From a virus (lineage: Duplodnaviria; Caudoviricetes), in IMG/VR virus record IMGVR_UViG_3300042464_000625, positions 1-30,747 of that record: a stretch of 30,747 nucleotides of DNA. One strand, given 5' to 3'. The position numbers were made by a program, and so were the translations under genes. The notes below the pieces were generated by a model. It saw only the letters and a list, made by a program, of their open reading frames with translations, had not been told where the DNA came from and searched no databases. Of this stretch, positions 28,894-30,747 are shown in pieces. Positions within the stretch are counted from its first letter, which is position 1. The number at the start of each line of letters is the position of its first letter.

Positions 28894-30611
28894 GGCTGCA
28901 TCTCGGGCGAAGTGGGTTGTTGGGGCTGGCCGTCAGGAGGGGCCCCCTCGGCCATCTGCTGCACGGCCATGCCGGCATTGGCCAGCTTCTGGGGATCCCC
29001 CATGCCGGCCTGGATCAACTGCTGCTGCTGCTGGGCCTCCATCGCGGCAGCCTGCTCCTCTTTGATCCGCTTGTCGGACTTGACCAGCATCGGATCAACG
29101 CCAATCGCAGTAGCCCACTGCCTGGCCCATGCAGCGCCATCAATCATTGAGCCGAACTGCTGCGGCATAGCCTGGTTGCCGCCCAATGCAAACTGGTTTA
29201 ATCGCTCCGCGTCGGACTGGCGGCCCAGCGCGGCAAGGCCAATGACGATCAGCGGCTCAACGCCTGGCAGCTCGGGCAGCCTGTTCCGCTTGCGCAGGAG
29301 GGCCAGGATCCTGCGGACATAGGGATACTGAAACTCAACCGTCAGAATCGAGTAGATGGAGCCCAGCATCTGCTCGATCTGGGTGATCTGCAGCCTGACC
29401 TCCTCGGCCGTAGTGCGTTCCGACTGCCGGATATTGGGCAGCAGAAAGATTTTGCTGAGACGGTCCTCCAGTGTTGATTTTTCCTGGAAAGCAACACCCA
29501 GGTCACGCACGCTGCTGGTTTCAATCGGGAAGAAATCTTGGGGCTGCCCATCAATTACGCTCAAATTGGGGGCCGCAGCAAAGGCATCTTTACTGGTGAT
29601 GGCCGATGGCTTGCGGCCAACAATCTGCCGCGCTGCTGCCGCGCTGCCTTCCGCCACTGCCTGGCTGACGCCATCCAGGTTGGATAGGTCGGCAAGGGCG
29701 CACCACTCGACATAGCCAGGGCCGTAACTGTCGCCATCAATGCGGAACAGCCGGAGCGGCATCCACGGACTGGCATCGGCCGGCTCGCTCCCCTCGGTTC
29801 CGGGAACGATGTAGCCCCCTACTTCTTGGTGCCATGTCACCTTGCCCGGGGGGTCATCAGACCCCGGTTCCCATTTGATGTGGGTGAAGACCTTGATTCG
29901 TCTGTAATCCCGCCTGGCGTTGTCCTCGTTTTGGTAGTCGTTACGCAGCTTATCGGCCTCATCCAGAACCGCCTTGAGCCTTGGATTAAGGGACGCATAG
30001 AGATAGGTTTCGCAGGCCACGGCTTCCACCGGTTGGCCCATCGGATCCCTCAAAAGCACATGCTTGTTGAGGTGAAAACACTTCATCGCCGTGGGGGCCC
30101 GGTACAGCATCACCGCACCGCCCACGATCAAATGCATCAGCGCCTCGAAGAGCGCAACCCGATCATTTGATGTGGCGATTGAGCGCTCGATGGATCGGTC
30201 CAGCAAGGCCAGGGCCTTTTCGATCTCAATCTTCTGATTGGCGATGTCCTCCTCCCCAGCCCCCATTTGCGCGGCTTCGGCTTCTTCCGCCGCCGCCTTC
30301 AGCTCGTCCTTTGTCAGCCGGAACAGGCCACCCGTTGGCGGCAGGAGTGCCAATAGCAACCGAGAACAGATGTTGTTTACCCCCATGGCGCCAATTCCAT
30401 TCCAGGGCAGTTCCTGCTCCCTGGCCGCCTCCACCAGGATCTCGTCCGACTCAGGAATCAGGAATGGAATCGTGAGCCTTGACGCCCTGCGGGCCCGCTC
30501 CAGCCACACATCACGGTAGGTGCGCAGCTGGTCGTACCTGACCTCTGCCCGGCCCTCCAGCAGCCCCTGCACCTTGGAGATCGAATCGACGCCGCTGTCT
30601 CCGCGTTCCAT
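28890..30611 (-). CDS. Portal / head-tail connector (T7 gp8-like)
   Basis: LTIPFLIP, WNGIGAMGVNNICSRLLLALLPP, PWMPLR...GDSYGPG, RQSERTTAEEVR, GLAALGR. Confidence 0.95.
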   Translation of the reverse strand: MERGDSGVDSISKVQGLLEGRAEVRYDQLRTYRDVWLERARRASRLTIPFLIPESDEILVEAAREQELPWNGIGAMGVNNICSRLLLALLPPTGGLFRLTKDELKAAAEEAEAAQMGAGEEDIANQKIEIEKALALLDRSIERSIATSNDRVALFEALMHLIVGGAVMLYRAPTAMKCFHLNKHVLLRDPMGQPVEAVACETYLYASLNPRLKAVLDEADKLRNDYQNEDNARRDYRRIKVFTHIKWEPGSDDPPGKVTWHQEVGGYIVPGTEGSEPADASPWMPLRLFRIDGDSYGPGYVEWCALADLSNLDGVSQAVAEGSAAAARQIVGRKPSAITSKDAFAAAPNLSVIDGQPQDFFPIETSSVRDLGVAFQEKSTLEDRLSKIFLLPNIRQSERTTAEEVRLQITQIEQMLGSIYSILTVEFQYPYVRRILALLRKRNRLPELPGVEPLIVIGLAALGRQSDAERLNQFALGGNQAMPQQFGSMIDGAAWARQWATAIGVDPMLVKSDKRIKEEQAAAMEAQQQQQLIQAGMGDPQKLANAGMAVQQMAEGAPPDGQPQQPTSPEMQP

Positions 30612-30747
30612 CAGACCCCCAGGTTCAGGCCGACGCCTGCAAGGTTGATGTCAGCGGTCAGGCTGAGCCTCTGGCCCGGCTTCTTCTTGGGTGCAGTAAC
30701 CGCCGTGGTCTGTTCCTGCCCTGCCCCAGCGGTGCCCAGATCCAGGG
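30611..30747 (-). CDS. Small virion protein (T7 gp7.3-like), 3' end only
   Basis: ...APKKKPGQRLSLTADINLAGVGLNLGV* ends in a TGATG overlap with the portal start. Confidence 0.55.
   Translation of the reverse strand, partial: LDLGTAGAGQEQTTAVTAPKKKPGQRLSLTADINLAGVGLNLGV

Larger units (their letters stand above)
1..30747. mobile_element. T7-like (Autographiviridae-like) podophage or prophage segment, probable picocyanobacterial host
   Basis: Canonical order portal-scaffold-capsid-tail tubular A/B-internal virion proteins-tail fibre-terS, plus a T7 gp19-type terL. No host housekeeping genes seen. RNAP, DNA polymerase and integrase are not in the window. Confidence 0.95.

Noticed and set aside
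1-30747. tRNA, rRNA, integrase/att site, photosynthesis auxiliary genes
   Set aside because: None recognisable by eye in this window; tRNAscan-SE and HMM searches would be needed to exclude them formally.

Overview
The whole window is a GC-rich T7-like podophage (Autographiviridae-like) genome segment. The host is most likely a picocyanobacterium (Synechococcus/Cyanobium), inferred from a host-type SSB, cyanophage-type LamG proteins and cyanobacterial-style regulatory motifs. The minus strand (30747->6846) carries a near-complete morphogenesis module: gp7.3-like, portal, scaffold, capsid, terminator, a tail tubular protein A fused to a fibre-like extension, two inserted genes, tail tubular protein B, gp13-like, four internal virion proteins, tail fibre, two small membrane proteins and small terminase. 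Large terminase and three small genes lie on the opposite strand (3955-6935). An ~860 bp non-coding region with HLR1-like and Fur-like boxes separates them from a minus-strand cluster of small early-type genes (J-domain protein, truncated SSB, wHTH, unknowns). The most striking unexplained structure is an invariant 10-mer, TCACCCGACA. It sits 7-11 nt upstream of six early start codons and is usually preceded by a co-varying twin hairpin, making the early region look like an array of gene cassettes with a standardised leader. A seventh copy lies antisense in front of terL. A second, palindromic motif (CTGCA-N4-TGCAG-like) sits at four other start codons. All protein calls are motif recognition by eye; no database search was run.
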